Shown: positions 25,601 to 50,504 of the stretch, in pieces
Layout: every line of letters starts with the position of its first letter
Numbering within the stretch: position 1 is the stretch's first letter
Assembly (NCBI GenBank): GCA_977030845.1
Contig: OZ365112.1
Span: forward strand, 17,174,001 to 17,238,000
Length of the DNA stretch: 64,000 nt
Direction: 5' to 3'
From: Fimbriosthenelais zetlandica
Taxonomy: Eukaryota
Position numbers and translations under genes: made by a program
The notes under the pieces: model-generated
The model's input: only the letters and a program-made list of their open reading frames with translations
The model's database searches: none
What the model was told of the DNA's origin: nothing

Positions 25601-28600
25601 ACAGCCCTCAATGTACATTGGTAATATTTGCCCACGTTCTTCTAGATCATATTCAAGGTGTGTTATTATTATTATATAGGATCTGATTTGAGGACCAGGA
25701 TGTTAATAAATATTATATATCCTTTGATCCTGGAGAGGCACATCCTTGTCAGTGGGATTAAGGCGCCTCCTAAATTGATTTAACATGACGTGTCGCCCAG
25801 AAAAAATAGACGCATAGGCGACTATGAAAAGTATTATATTTGAAAATGCTCCATTCTTAATAATAGTTATTTATATATCATATTAGGAGGAATGCAAACA
25901 TTATTTTATTTAGCATTTTAAGTGCGTATTTTCAGATGGACAGTACATCAATAACCAAAACTAATAATTTGACACTTTAGCATAAAACTAAATGAGACTG
26001 TATGGTGAATGAGTGTAGGGTGGGGCGAAAAGCCTATTTGGGTATTAGTCAATTGAGCTAGAGGAGAAATTTTAGGAGAAAATCATATACGATTGCTCCA
26101 GTTAGAAATAACAGGCACAAAAGCAATGGGTGTGTCTCAGATGTGAACGTGACATCCACAAGTTAAAGCACTGGACCAAAGAGAAGAGTATCTTCACATC
26201 GATGAGCAAAGAAGAGAGATCGTAACGGTTCCCATGTTTTCTTAGAGGTACACGACATGATACTTCATTCGCGACGACCAGTTTACCTCCGCTGGACAGC
26301 CTCAACCGTTACCTCTCGTGAACGGGATATAAGCATGACATCACTCTGATATTAATTGAGATCCAGATGATCCAAGCAATTGAGACAAAGTGACAAGACA
26401 AAAATACTGACCTGTGTTTCCTTTCTCCTCAATTTGTTCATCTTCTCTTTACAGACTCTCACTCAATGAGTCCAAGAGGAATCTCAAACTCACAGATAGA
26501 CTAAACCCAAAAGTCTGTAGAGGAACATAGTGGAATGTCCGCCTCTACAATCCTCATATCACACGCCTCTCTCCAGTCTCATATATAAGATGTCCCTCTT
26601 TTTGAAGTCTATTCATTTTTGTGGACTTTAAAAATCGACAGTACAAAAGAATGAATTAAAATATTGGGATCCACCCAGTCCCGAAGCCTTCCCTATCCAC
26701 GGGCCAAAATATAACTAAATTTCTATCCTTGAAGTTCTGAGTGTATAGAATTCATGTGACCTCCCCGGGGCTCATTTGATGTGACCTCTAGAGAGTTAAC
26801 AGGAAAATGGTAATTAAATTTCTAACAATGAGTGAACTCGTCTGTACTTTGTCTTTCTGACCTTTTCCTGAATAATGATTAACAAAATGGCATATTCTTT
26901 AGAAAGCGGAAACATTTTTGAAAATGATGAACATCGGCCAAAGGCTACAAGTTTACCTGAAATTTCTGTCAATTTTGTGAAATAAAACTAAACCAACATG
27001 CAAACTGCTGATTAGCGCCTTGTAGTGGAGGACTACAAATTGTACGTCAAATAATGTGTAAACTAATTTGCCTGGAAGGTGACCTCTTAATGCAGGTTCG
27101 ATCTCTAGGCTTGGTTTAATTGACACAGAATAATCGATCCCGCGCCTTTGATGAAGTGGGATCAATTAATCAAATGAAAGCTGTCATACAGGCATGTTAC
27201 AGGTCAATAAAACAGTTAACTATCATCAATAAAGATTAAAGGGTAATTCCAATGGATAATTAAGCATTGATTTGTAGAATGTCTACACATAACCATGTAC
27301 AATAGAAGCAGCGGAAATATGCAGAAACTATACATATAAATGGAGAGATGTTCATGGAACCATGAACAAAACTGTTCTAACTCCTCAACTAGTGTTCCTA
27401 CTTCCTACAAGATGTCACCATGGAACTATATACTGATCTCTTGCCTCTCACCATGTGGCGGCAGGGAGCTGCGATATGAAACTTTGACTGGAAGGACGGA
27501 CTTACTGACTGAATGGTTGACTGCAGATTCATTTAACATAGGAATAAAGCAACAACAGAGGGTGGGAAGGATGAATAATAAGAACACCAAGATAAAAACA
27601 TGAACAGACGGAAGCGGGGAATAAATCAATCAAGAACCAATCAAGTGACTAATTATGTAACCTTACATTTACAAGGCAATAATGAATTCAATATCAACGA
27701 CTTAATTAGGCTGATTCTTGTATCTTCCCACATACAGTATGTTCCCAAGGTTATGTTGGAATTGAGTAAACCTTGAGTAGGAGGTTTTTGCAATGCAGGA
27801 TTACTAAGCTACATCCATTTATATTCATAAAGGAAATGAGCTTGGCATATCGCCTGAACACTCTGTACACTGCTTGTACCTATACACCACGTATTCTACA
27901 TTCACTATGCACAAATTCTGAAAAATGAGGAAATCTTTACTGACAGAAGCTATGCATGAGTGGGAATGACTGAATTCTTACTACAATCATTTCCACTAAC
28001 ACAAAATGTATGCTATATATTAATATACTTGTATAGGCTATGCAGGGTGGAGGTAGGTAGGTATGGAGGGAATTAAGTAGTGCATGGACGGTAACATCTT
28101 GACTTTTTATCAACATAATTGCAGTGCTATGTGTACGTATAAACAAGTTGAAAATAGATATAAAGATGAAGACATCTGAATAATTTAAAGGCATATATTT
28201 TTATATTTTAGGTAAGATGTATCTCTTGGAGACAGGGATAAAGTTCGGCTACATTTGACTTCACACGTCAGATAAAAAGTACCAAGGGTTGAAAAACCAC
28301 CCGCGACTACAATGAGCACTTTTTCAGTAATGATGAATAGTCCTGTCTTTGGTCTGTCTATTTGCCAAGGATACACAAAACTAGGCTGAATAAATTTGGC
28401 CACTGGGCCAGATGTACCTGTGTAAAAGGCATTCAGCTGTTTATGTTTAATTCAAAATTCCAAGGAAAGAAATAAAAATATCTTAAGTCCCATTCACTGA
28501 ATAGTCCATAGTAGGATCCCGTACAGGAAGACACCAAAGCTATGAATTTTTAATGAAAATTCCTAAGGGTATATTTATGATAAAACATTATGGGGTGATA

Positions 28601-28732
28601 ACCTCACTGTTGGACTTTTTTCTATGGCTGGCTAAGTAGAGAGCACGAAGTGCCGGCAGGTAAGAGATATAACACCTTTCACACACACAACTCAACAAGC
28701 GGAGAAAGAAGTGTGCTTCAAAGAGGATAGCG

Positions 28733-28740
28733 TATAAAGA
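28733..28740 (+). promoter_or_regulatory. TATA box of the MIF-like gene
   Basis: TATAAAGA 75 nt upstream of the ATG at 28808, consistent with a short 5' UTR. Confidence 0.5.
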
Positions 28741-28807
28741 GACCGGCGAAACGACGAAACACTTTATTTTTTAGTTGTGAAACAAGAGTCGGAGGAGGAT
28801 TGTAAAA

Positions 28808-30101
28808 ATGCCTCTCGCAGTGGTAACAACCAATCTGTCTGGGGAAGAAATACCTTTTGATTTCATGGAAAAATTAGCCAATGCTATGGTGAGGCACATG
28901 GACTGTGATATATCGGTAAGTACTTGGAGTTATAAAAATATAAAACTTATTTTATAGGATGATCTCAGAATGTCTGACTTAGCAAAGGAGGTATCTTATG
29001 TCACAATCGTGATTACTGTTTTTCATTGCCAAACATGGCGCCAGGAGTCTATTTTTGTCCTCATGTTAAGTCCTTAAATTTCACATAATGCGAACTTGGA
29101 ATGCATTGTCATTCGTGATAGACCTATTGCAATTATCCATACATATCCTTTGGATTGCAAGTCAACAAACCTGGAATGACATAATTAAAGATAATATCTA
29201 TAGTCTAAAATAGGAAGAATTCCCCTAACAGAGAAACCTTGTGAAAAATTAGATTGAACATTGGTGGATGGCAACAAGGAGATTTTTAATAGGGGAACCA
29301 GCTGAATCAGATTTGGAGAGATTTTCCCATGCAAGCACTCAATGTGTAATTCAAGGCTGTGTAATTCAATGCTGGTTGACATAAGGGTTATCTAGGGCTC
29401 AGTTTGCATAAACCTTAACAATATGTACAGAACATCCTGGACATGAGAGCGATCTGTGTGTAGTGGTAAATCATACACAGTTGTGGCCTACTTGGTATGG
29501 AAGCACCTGTGAAATATTTTTGTCAGAAAGAGTGCCAAAATAATTGATGCAAGATATCAATGTGGAATTCTAACCTCTCAAAGTATTTCCCACTAACTTA
29601 AAAATGCCTTTCCTATCGCTTAATATATCACCAGTAAAGGTGGCCAACCAAACCAATGAAGAAGCATTCTTAAACATGACTAATTTACAAAATATATTAT
29701 TTTCTCATTATAACTGAAGCTGGCGATGGTGGAGCTACACAGTGACGTTCAGATGTTGAGGAATGGCAGCAGAGAACCCATGTGTAACCTTGAAATACAT
29801 CACAACTGTAGGAAAATCAACAACCAAACAAAGGTCACCTACGGAGCTATATTTGCTGAGGTTCTTTTCGAGCAGCTCCGAGTTAGTCTAGAAAGGCCAG
29901 TGCATTCCTTATTCTCAGTTATCTACATCCCGCTCAAAAAGGTTGAGGGAATTTCCAAACAGAAATGTGATATTTTCGGGACCATTTCTCAATTGCTCTA
30001 ATAAGCTGACCCATGATTTAATTTACAGGGTACTGGTTCTGTTCATGGACACAACAATGACAACAGCCAAAGCATCAGACGACGGAGATAACAGGTTCTA
30101 A
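28808..30101 (+). CDS. Macrophage migration inhibitory factor / D-dopachrome tautomerase family protein, divergent, 118 aa, 3 exons
   Basis: Exon 1 28808-28915 (108 nt, the same length as vertebrate MIF exon 1; MPLAVVTTNLSGEEIPFDFMEKLAN...). Exon 2 29720-29895 (...QMLRNGSREPMCNLEIH...). Exon 3 30029-30101 (R|VLVLFMD...). The MP-x4-TN start, the P-x2-F motif and the phase-2 intron inside the Arg of the DR/ER-V motif match MIF gene architecture. Intron 2 needs a GC donor. Confidence 0.88.
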
Positions 30102-32133
30102 TCACCACTGCCAACAGTTAGTGATGAGACTCTTCTTGTTTACAATTATCACCACAGATATCCATTCAAATTTACCCAAAAATCCTCAGTGACGAAAGTC
30201 ATTTCATAAGATAGGTCAGGATACTAGTGAGTTTTACCCGACATCAAATACATGTCCAGAAATATATGGGACCAAAGGAGCGAGTACCAAGTTGTAAGGA
30301 CCACATTTTCACTCTTTTAGTATGCTTTGAAAACAAAGGATATTTACATTGAGACCTAACGGAAGTTGCTTATGCTCCCCGTATTCTGAAATATGGGGCA
30401 AGAGTATAGACTGAAAGACGGAATAAGTTATATTCACATCATCATGGCATTTTCCGGAGGGACATCTATACTTTCAAGTCCCTATTTGTAAGGTTTAAAA
30501 CAGATTGTAATTGATAGAACTATTAAAAACTGAAATGATTCATGAATGAGGTGCATATTGTAGAAGTCTTTATTGCATGCATCCTTTCCTTAGAGTACAG
30601 ACTCTGATCGTTCAGTTTAGTACGTAATGTGAGAGCAGTTGGCATATTAAATTTGGTGGTGCACATGATATACATGTAGTAATATAATTTAACAGACGGA
30701 TTAGAAATCTTTAACCAAGTAAAAGCTTACTGCAAGAAGCCCGAGAATGAAAACGTAAAAGAGCAATGAGTATTGAAACTCCTGCCTTGTAGTCTGAAAT
30801 ACGACACTAGATAAATAGATGAAGACGATCATCTATAACAGCCAATATCATTCAAGGCAAACTTCGCGACTTTTCCTTCTAAAATCGGTGGTGCAAGGAT
30901 ATAAGTACCACGATGTTGTCAACTACATGACGAGTAAATACGAGTGAAATATTAAATGAGAAGAGAACATAGCAAAGGAATGACACGAAAGTACGCTTAT
31001 AACAATTAAGTTAACCTTAGAGAGTTTTAATCCAATAAAAATTATGAGTCTCCCTATGTTGACTAGGTTTAATAGAAAATACAGCACCTAAACCTAAATA
31101 AATAATTACTGACGAGGTCAGAAAGCGACCAGCACTCTCTAATGCCAAATATGCCCACATACACAATGATCACCAGTCTAGGGGTCATCTCACTATGTGT
31201 ACATGTGCTTGTCTTCAGCACGTGTACTTGATGTACTATTCCCCCACAGATCAGTGGACCTATCATTCATATAAGGCGATTATCAACTAAGTACAGCTGC
31301 ATTATATTGAGCAGACAATAAATATTGTGGATATGAAGGCCTTGCAATAGTCACATTATTTTTTCAAAATAATATGAATTATTATATCTACACTATATAA
31401 CAAGATGTGCGAAATGGTACAGAATAATAATGTACCAAGCAAAGCAAATGTGTACATGTATATACACAGTGATTGGGACTATATAGCGACGTCTATGACA
31501 GATTTGAAGCTTCCAATATAGAATAAGAGAAATGAAATCTCCTTTGGTTCTATGAGTGATGACCGGTTGTAGGAACCACACGTGCCACACCAGACCCTGA
31601 TACTGAAGGATCAACTATTGCCATAAATCGCTGATGGCTCTGCAAGTCAGAATAAACAACTGTAAACCACAATGCCCAAATAGAATCTCCACTTAATGTA
31701 AGGTGGTATAAGGGGTAAGATGAAGGAGGTACAGATTCTACTACTTCACAGGACAGTTGAGTTTTCAAGCAAGATAAGAGAAAAGGTCGAAGCCATAGGA
31801 GCGACAAGCCAGAACAGCTATAGTGTAGACCAACTACCACTCTAGTAGTGTGTTTAAAAACTACTACATGTATAGAGAAATCAGTGACACTTTTCATATC
31901 AAGCAAGAAGAGTAACTATAGGGTAACTAGCAAATGAGGGAGAAGAGGGCATACACAAGCCGGGGTGCAGGAGAAGGTAGGTGAAGTGGAAATCAAAATC
32001 AATCACATTGTTAGTATCCAAATGAAAAGGGGAACAAATGAACTAATCATGACAAGGCAGGAGGGTACATATGAAGCTACTATGAAGAACCGTGCAAGAG
32101 GAATGTAAGCTATACTAGAATAAATCAGGATAT

Positions 32134-32189
32134 AACCATAAACCATAAAGCCAAGCAGGAGAACCATAAAGCATAAAACCAAGCAGGAG
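32134..32189. repeat. 28-bp tandem duplication in the TMEM245 3' UTR region
   Basis: AACCATAAACCATAAAGCCAAGCAGGAG followed by AACCATAAAGCATAAAACCAAGCAGGAG. Confidence 0.7.
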
Positions 32190-32366
32190 ATAATACAAGG
32201 AAAAATGGCAAGTATAAGTCAAAATGTAATCAAAGAGTAGGGTATATAATTATTGAAGACCAGTACAAAAATGTGGGTGAGGACAGTAGTCCCTACAGGA
32301 TTACAACAAGGATAAGGCGTGCCGAGAAGAGATTTTACCTGAGTAACATTCTTTTATCAAGAAAGC

Positions 32367-44888
<12,522 letters not shown>

Positions 44889-44896
<8 letters not shown>

Positions 44897-45500
44897 CTTG
44901 TCTGTTATGATCAACGATATCCCATAATATTATTATGGGATAGCTCCACTTCCGGTTGACTGTAGTACCAGTCCCGTCCGCTTGAGCGCTGCCTTGCCGC
45001 GTATCTCACACAGCAGAACTGCCTGTTACAGTGTCAGTGTTTGTGTTACTGAAGTTCTATGCTCCACTTTTACTTTGTTTTACAGATTTTACTCCACCTT
45101 TACTTTGGGGCTGATGTGAGGAATAGGTCTGTTGACGTTGTGACTTGTGGGTAGATTGTTGGTAGGCTAATATTTTCCTCGTCCTCGCGGCATTCAGCAT
45201 ATCGACCGTCGATCAAAATTGTGTCCTGGGTGAACTTTAGACCTCGCTTAATCCGAATTATATAACTTTTCCGGGTGTTGTTAAGTTTTTCTATTAGAAT
45301 TTGGCAAAAAACTGTGAGACAAAATGGAGGTGGATGAAACGACCTCGTGGACAGAGCGCCACCTGGTTGTCCGTTCTGATTGGTCAGATCCAGATCGAGG
45401 CTCGCTGAATACGTATTGTTGCACGCCACCAAGTGGTGACCTGAGGGCACCACTACAGTTTACAAGCCATCTAGCCACCTCTGCTCTCACACATTCAATC
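44889..45500 (-). promoter_or_regulatory. CpG-rich TMEM245 promoter region with YY1, ETS and CTCF-like motifs
   Basis: The YY1 motif CAAGATGGCGTC overlaps the start codon (44889-44900). ETS ACTTCCGGT at 44948-44956. CTCF-like sites at 45355-45368 and 45423-45436. CpG is locally retained. Confidence 0.5.
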
Positions 45501-45639
45501 ACCTACCGGTACCTTAGGAATGTGTTTGTACAATGTGGAATGAGTTTAATAGTTATAGCGCGTTTCAAGTAAATAGTGTCAAGTACCGTCGGCCTACGGT
45601 ACAGAGTTGAACATAGCGCCCCGTGCTAAGGCTTCGGCT

Positions 45640-45955
45640 AAAGCCCCTATTATCGCTCACAATTTTATTGCCATGCTGTTTACAAGTTTACAGTAACATT
45701 AGCTCTGTTTTTAGGTTGTGAGAAATTCTTTATGAAAATATACTGACGGATTTCAGTTTTGAGTCATTTTAGTGCTTTCATAGATCTACAAAGGCCCTTT
45801 GAAAATTCCAAGCGACGCCTCTCATTGACTGTTAGTTCTCGCTTTTGCCGGTGGTGGGGTAGTCGCATGGGACACAAAATGACCTTATCTTAGTTCTGTC
45901 GTTTGCCGTATAGAACCTGAGAATCTGAGAGCGCCACCGGACGGTCAACTTTAAT
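45640..45955 (+). repeat. Copy 1 of an about 316-bp repeat unit (tandem with copy 2, period 337 bp)
   Basis: Shares long blocks with 45977-46292, e.g. TTTTGCCGGTGGTGGGGTAGTCG and TGACCTTATCTTAGTTCT.TCGTTTGCCGTAT. Both copies end in GGACGGT.AACTTTAAT. Confidence 0.85.
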
Positions 45956-45976
45956 ATGGTCCCGGAAGTAGCCTAC

Positions 45977-46292
45977 AAAGCTCCTATTATCGCTTGCAAC
46001 AACAAGACTGCTTCATTCTCTGGCTGTAAATTTGTAAGCTCTGTCCTTTTGGATGCGATAAATTCTTCATGAACATCCATCGACTGATTGCAGTTTTGAG
46101 TCTTTTTGGTGCTTTTATAGCACTATAAACGCCGTCTGAAAATTCCGAGCGGCGGCCTATTGATTTAGCATTGAGCGATAGTTCCCGATTTTGCCGGTGG
46201 TGGGGTAGTCGTACGGGACAGAAAGTGACCTTATCTTAGTTCTTTCGTTTGCCGTATGATCTGAAGGGCACCAACGGACGGTAAACTTTAAT
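45977..46292 (+). repeat. Copy 2 of the about 316-bp repeat unit
   Basis: Colinear with copy 1 from AAAGC.CCTATTATCGCT to ACTTTAAT. Confidence 0.85.
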
Positions 46293-46769
46293 TCCGCGTT
46301 TTTGTGCAATACAAGAGAAAGACGACACATCTATATGACATTCTAAGATTCTCTGGTAAACACCGTGGTTTAATAAGTTACTGAAAGACAGGAAAAAAGT
46401 GATGTTGAAGTGATGTTAAAATGACTTTATTTTAAATCGTGCATCATAAATTAGACTAGTGCATTTTGAAATTTTTCTTTTGTCAAATCAAGATTACAAT
46501 AAAATTAATAAAGCGTGAAATCAGCATAGGAAGCATATTGACATATATTTAATATCTTCCAGTTTCAGTACTAAACGACTCGATATCATTTAATGTAGCC
46601 TACCGGTAGGCTATTTTACATCTTAGACTTTTGGTCGAAGATTCAGCTAAGTGATCAAGTGATAATCTAAAATATAAGCCTACATATTTATACATGTATA
46701 ATATAACTAATCATAACTAATGTAATAATTAAATATTACAAGAATGTACAAAAGAATGTAAATATTTCT

Positions 46770-48884
46770 TCATGGCATATAGACATGGTATGTTCTCTGG
46801 ATCTTTTTCCGGCAGAATGGACAGAGTTCCAGTTTGTTGGTGCATTGGTCGCAGCAGGCGAGATGACCACAAGGCAGGAAGAGTTCAGTAGCCGGTCTAT
46901 CATCACACACCCGACACAAAGTTCTCTGTCGCAGATTCTCATTCTCCTTCTCTAGTTCTACCAGGCGGTTGGCTAAAAAAGCGAAATATAACAATTAAGA
47001 GGACTTGAAAATATATATGATGAAATAAAAGTTCGAGTTAAGGAAAGGAAATCAAGTGTAGGAACCTTACCAGCATCTAATGACATTGGTTGACCATCTG
47101 AAGCGCTGCTCTGCTGGAGCCTGTAGGGAGGAGAGGATTTCGCTGCCCCCTCCGCCGTGGGTAATTTTTCTGCATCATCCACTTCGTTATCTGATACTAC
47201 CTCCATGGTTGCTTTCGCTGGACAAGAATAAACATTGTCATGACAAATTAGTACAAAATGTCCAATACGATTTTTATTTTTATTTTCATGTGTAATAATA
47301 TTTAAATTCAGAGTAAGTTTCCGACTTATTTATATAACAGGAATAACATAAAGTTCAAAGGTCACGATGGTTAAGAGCTGAGGACATTTATAATCACAAC
47401 AGTTGGCCGTGTTTTTCTCGGATTATGATTTTGAAAGCCGATATAAATCAGTATCAAATATCAATCCTCGACCTTAACTGACATTACAGGTCGGCCATAG
47501 AACTGAGAGGTTACAGCACGTGTTCTAATGCTGACACATACAATAATACATCCATGTATAGGCAGGATAACGCAAGAGCACTATATAAATCAGTTCAATA
47601 ATTTTGTTTCCATTTCTTCTTTTCCCCCAAAAGATAATTATAACAATTACTACAGTTTTAGGGTATAAATCAATGAATATTCTATAAGCATTGGATACGA
47701 TATAAAATCGACATATTTACCTTGCGCTTCATTGAATTCGTCATCTTCAAGTGAATATACGGCATCTAGTAGTTTGTGTGTGTTAATATTAGAGGTTCCT
47801 ATAAACAAACATGAGTTGTCATTTAGGAGAATCAAATATAAGTTTATTATGGAAGCAAATATACCAATTTTGACACGGAACGAGCTGCTAGCAAGTCATG
47901 CTAAAAAGTTATGATCGAGGAAGTATGAAAATTATTTTCTTACAGAGAATGATAATTTATATTTACCTGAAATACGTAATTTTTCGAAAGCTTTAATGAC
48001 AAGATCCTCTTGATGGCCTAGTCGGGTGACCTTTCTGATAACCTCAGTGCGGGCTGGCCCGGTGGGAGCCCGCTGTTCCTGAATTGTTTGAGGTCCATTC
48101 TCTGCTCCACCCGCCAACTTTCTCTCTATAAAGGCACAGTTAGAGCTATGTTTCATGTGCTCCCCATCCGGCGTGTCCTCCTCCTCCCAGGAGTGTAAAA
48201 TAATACCACACTGAAAGCACTGGACACTGTCTCTTCCGCCTATACAAAAATGAACAGCAAATTACATTATTATATCAAAATATAATGAATTAAAAAAATA
48301 CTAAATTATTAAAAGGAAATAACATTAAAACTTGATTAGGTTCCTGATTAACAACAAGAAATAGCCAGGAGAAAATCAGTCACAATTATCCGAATCAAAG
48401 CCTTATTTCAAAGCAATGTCAATGTATTTTCGAGAAATTACGAACTTATCCATCTGACTGCATGGTACTCACCTAAAAAGAAGAAACCTGATTCAATAAG
48501 TGCAGTTACATCAGGGAAAGCATTGGTCCAGGCCATGAAAGTTCTTTTTCTGATTTCTGCGTCACCAAAACGTGGATAACGAGCTACAGCTGAGACATTG
48601 TGAGGTCTACTGTGTTGCTGTAGGACATCATCTTCATCATCATCAAAGGTACTGACGGGAAGTGTACCTGGTTCATCACCATCTACCTCATCCAGTACTC
48701 CCTCTGATGGTCCAGACATTGCCTCCTCTCTCCCATACATTTTTCTGTTCCCACCTTCACGCGTGGAAGGCTGGATTAGTCTCTTGTCTGATAAATCAAG
48801 ACCAGTTAATAAACTGTTGGACGTTGTTGAAATATATCCATGATTGTGTGGTTGATTGTACCTTAGGTTGAAACTTAACATCAT
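46770..48884 (-). CDS. Inhibitor of apoptosis (IAP/BIRC family): acidic N-terminus, one BIR, UBA-like helix region, C-terminal C3HC4 RING; about 370 aa
   Basis: Coding exons 48884-48473, 48239-47967, 47798-47721, 47217-47071, 46972-46770 (internal junctions all phase 1). BIR: RKRTFMAW...ESGFFFLGGRDSVQCFQCGIILHSW...GEHMKHSSNC. RING: CRVCDDRPATELFLPCGHLACCDQCTNKLELCPFCR. The acceptor near 48990 is followed by stops in all three frames, so the ATG at 48884 is the likely start. Architecture is BIRC7-like, but orthology is not assignable. Confidence 0.92.
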
Positions 48885-50504
48885 TTCTGAGATTATATTT
48901 TTCTATTTTCTATCTTCTACGACAGAATAATTCTGCTGGTCCAAGCCGAATTCCGTGGACGTTCGAAGCGGGTACAATATCCAGTCTGTCTGAATTAGAA
49001 ATAGGAATAAGGATTAATATAACATATTTTTGGGCATGATGTACATTGCCGAATAGGACTAATCGAATTATTTTAATTATAGAAGGGTTTTTTTTGTTGT
49101 TTTTTTCAAGGTCTGCAGATGAAAACCAGCCTCGCTGAGATGCAGCTCCTTTTCACTTTAATATAAAATTGTTTAATTGTAGGTATTGTATTGTATATTG
49201 TATTAATTATCTGTGTGAATAAAATTTCCTAAACTCAAACTCATTATTCCATGATTACAACTACAGTACCGTAGGCCCTAAACTGAATGGAAATAGATTA
49301 CATTGCCAATGGATAAATGCATAACGACAAATGTTATAATACTCGTTAAATTGTCGTTGAATAAAACTGCTATACTATACTATATTAGGGAAGAATTATT
49401 ACTTACGGTACTATGCTAACTTAGGTTTTGCTTCCCAAATATGAGCCAAAGTTTTATTTAGGCTCAGCAAGATAACGACCCACAGTCACAGATGATCAGA
49501 TGAACTGACTACACAGTCTGTCATAGATTTCAAATAATCCTAGTCTAATCTAGGTTACCGGTAAACAAAGTCCGTTATATATTAGTGTTCTGGCCTACTC
49601 ATGTCAACTAAGTTTTAAAGGAGTGGTTAGCAATAGCATTTTAAGTTTAACTGATATCATTGATGATACTAGTGATAACGACAGTAATCATGGGTATAGC
49701 TAATATCCAGGAATTTGGTGACACAGATCAAGAACGTCACGTATGATAAATAGGAATATCGCAGTTCCTGTCATCAGGCGGTGCGAAACCAGATAACCCG
49801 GAAAGTAACATTTGAAAAACATGACCTACTTATTTCAATACATCCATTTATCTACGTAACAACAGTCCGTCCCTACCCTGACATAAACACACAATTCTGC
49901 TACCAGTTTAACCATTAGGCGTAGCTTCAGAAGGTAAGCTTACACAATGAATGTAATGGATATTTACCTGCAAATCTCATGCAACCTCATCGGCTAGAGT
50001 TTTTCATGAAATATTTGAAGCTTCACTGTCCAAAGGGGATTTATACTAGGTAGACTCTACAGTAGTACCGACTACACTGGTTATGGCTATGCCATATGGC
50101 GTCTATGTCTGGCTATGGATTTCCGTGAAGCTTAGAACCGACAGTTTCCCTGATGTAGATGTCAATATCACCAATGCTTGGCCTAAATACAAAGCAGAAA
50201 CCTACTTGAAGTTTGAATAAATTTAGACGAACTTCGATCATATGGCAGCGGATTTCAACTAGAAATTAGGTCGACTATCCGATCGAAAACACACTTCCTT
50301 CCGCCATATTGTCTCGTTGTAACGGTTTGCGATGTGAAAATTTTGCCGTTTTCAGTTAGTTCAAGAAAGTGCCACCTGTTCATCCCAAGCAAAGAACAGG
50401 TTTTGTGGTTGTGTGTGCTTTTGTACTCGGGTATATTCACTTGTTTGTACTCTCTTACCCCAGGAGGGGGTCGTTAGAGTCAATAAACTTACTTACTTAC
50501 TTAC

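Noticed and set aside
27060-27120. B-box-like GGTTCGATC suggesting a tRNA or SINE
   Set aside because: No properly spaced A box and no cloverleaf.
13678-29956. Enrichment of kB sites (13678, 23250, 29947) in the immune cluster
   Set aside because: About 3 matches to GGGRNNYYCC are expected by chance in 64 kb of this composition, so there is no enrichment.
45100-45572. ORFs overlapping the TMEM245 promoter (45100-45453, 45281-45502, 45324-45572)
   Set aside because: GC-rich promoter DNA yields open frames on both strands, and no family motif is present.
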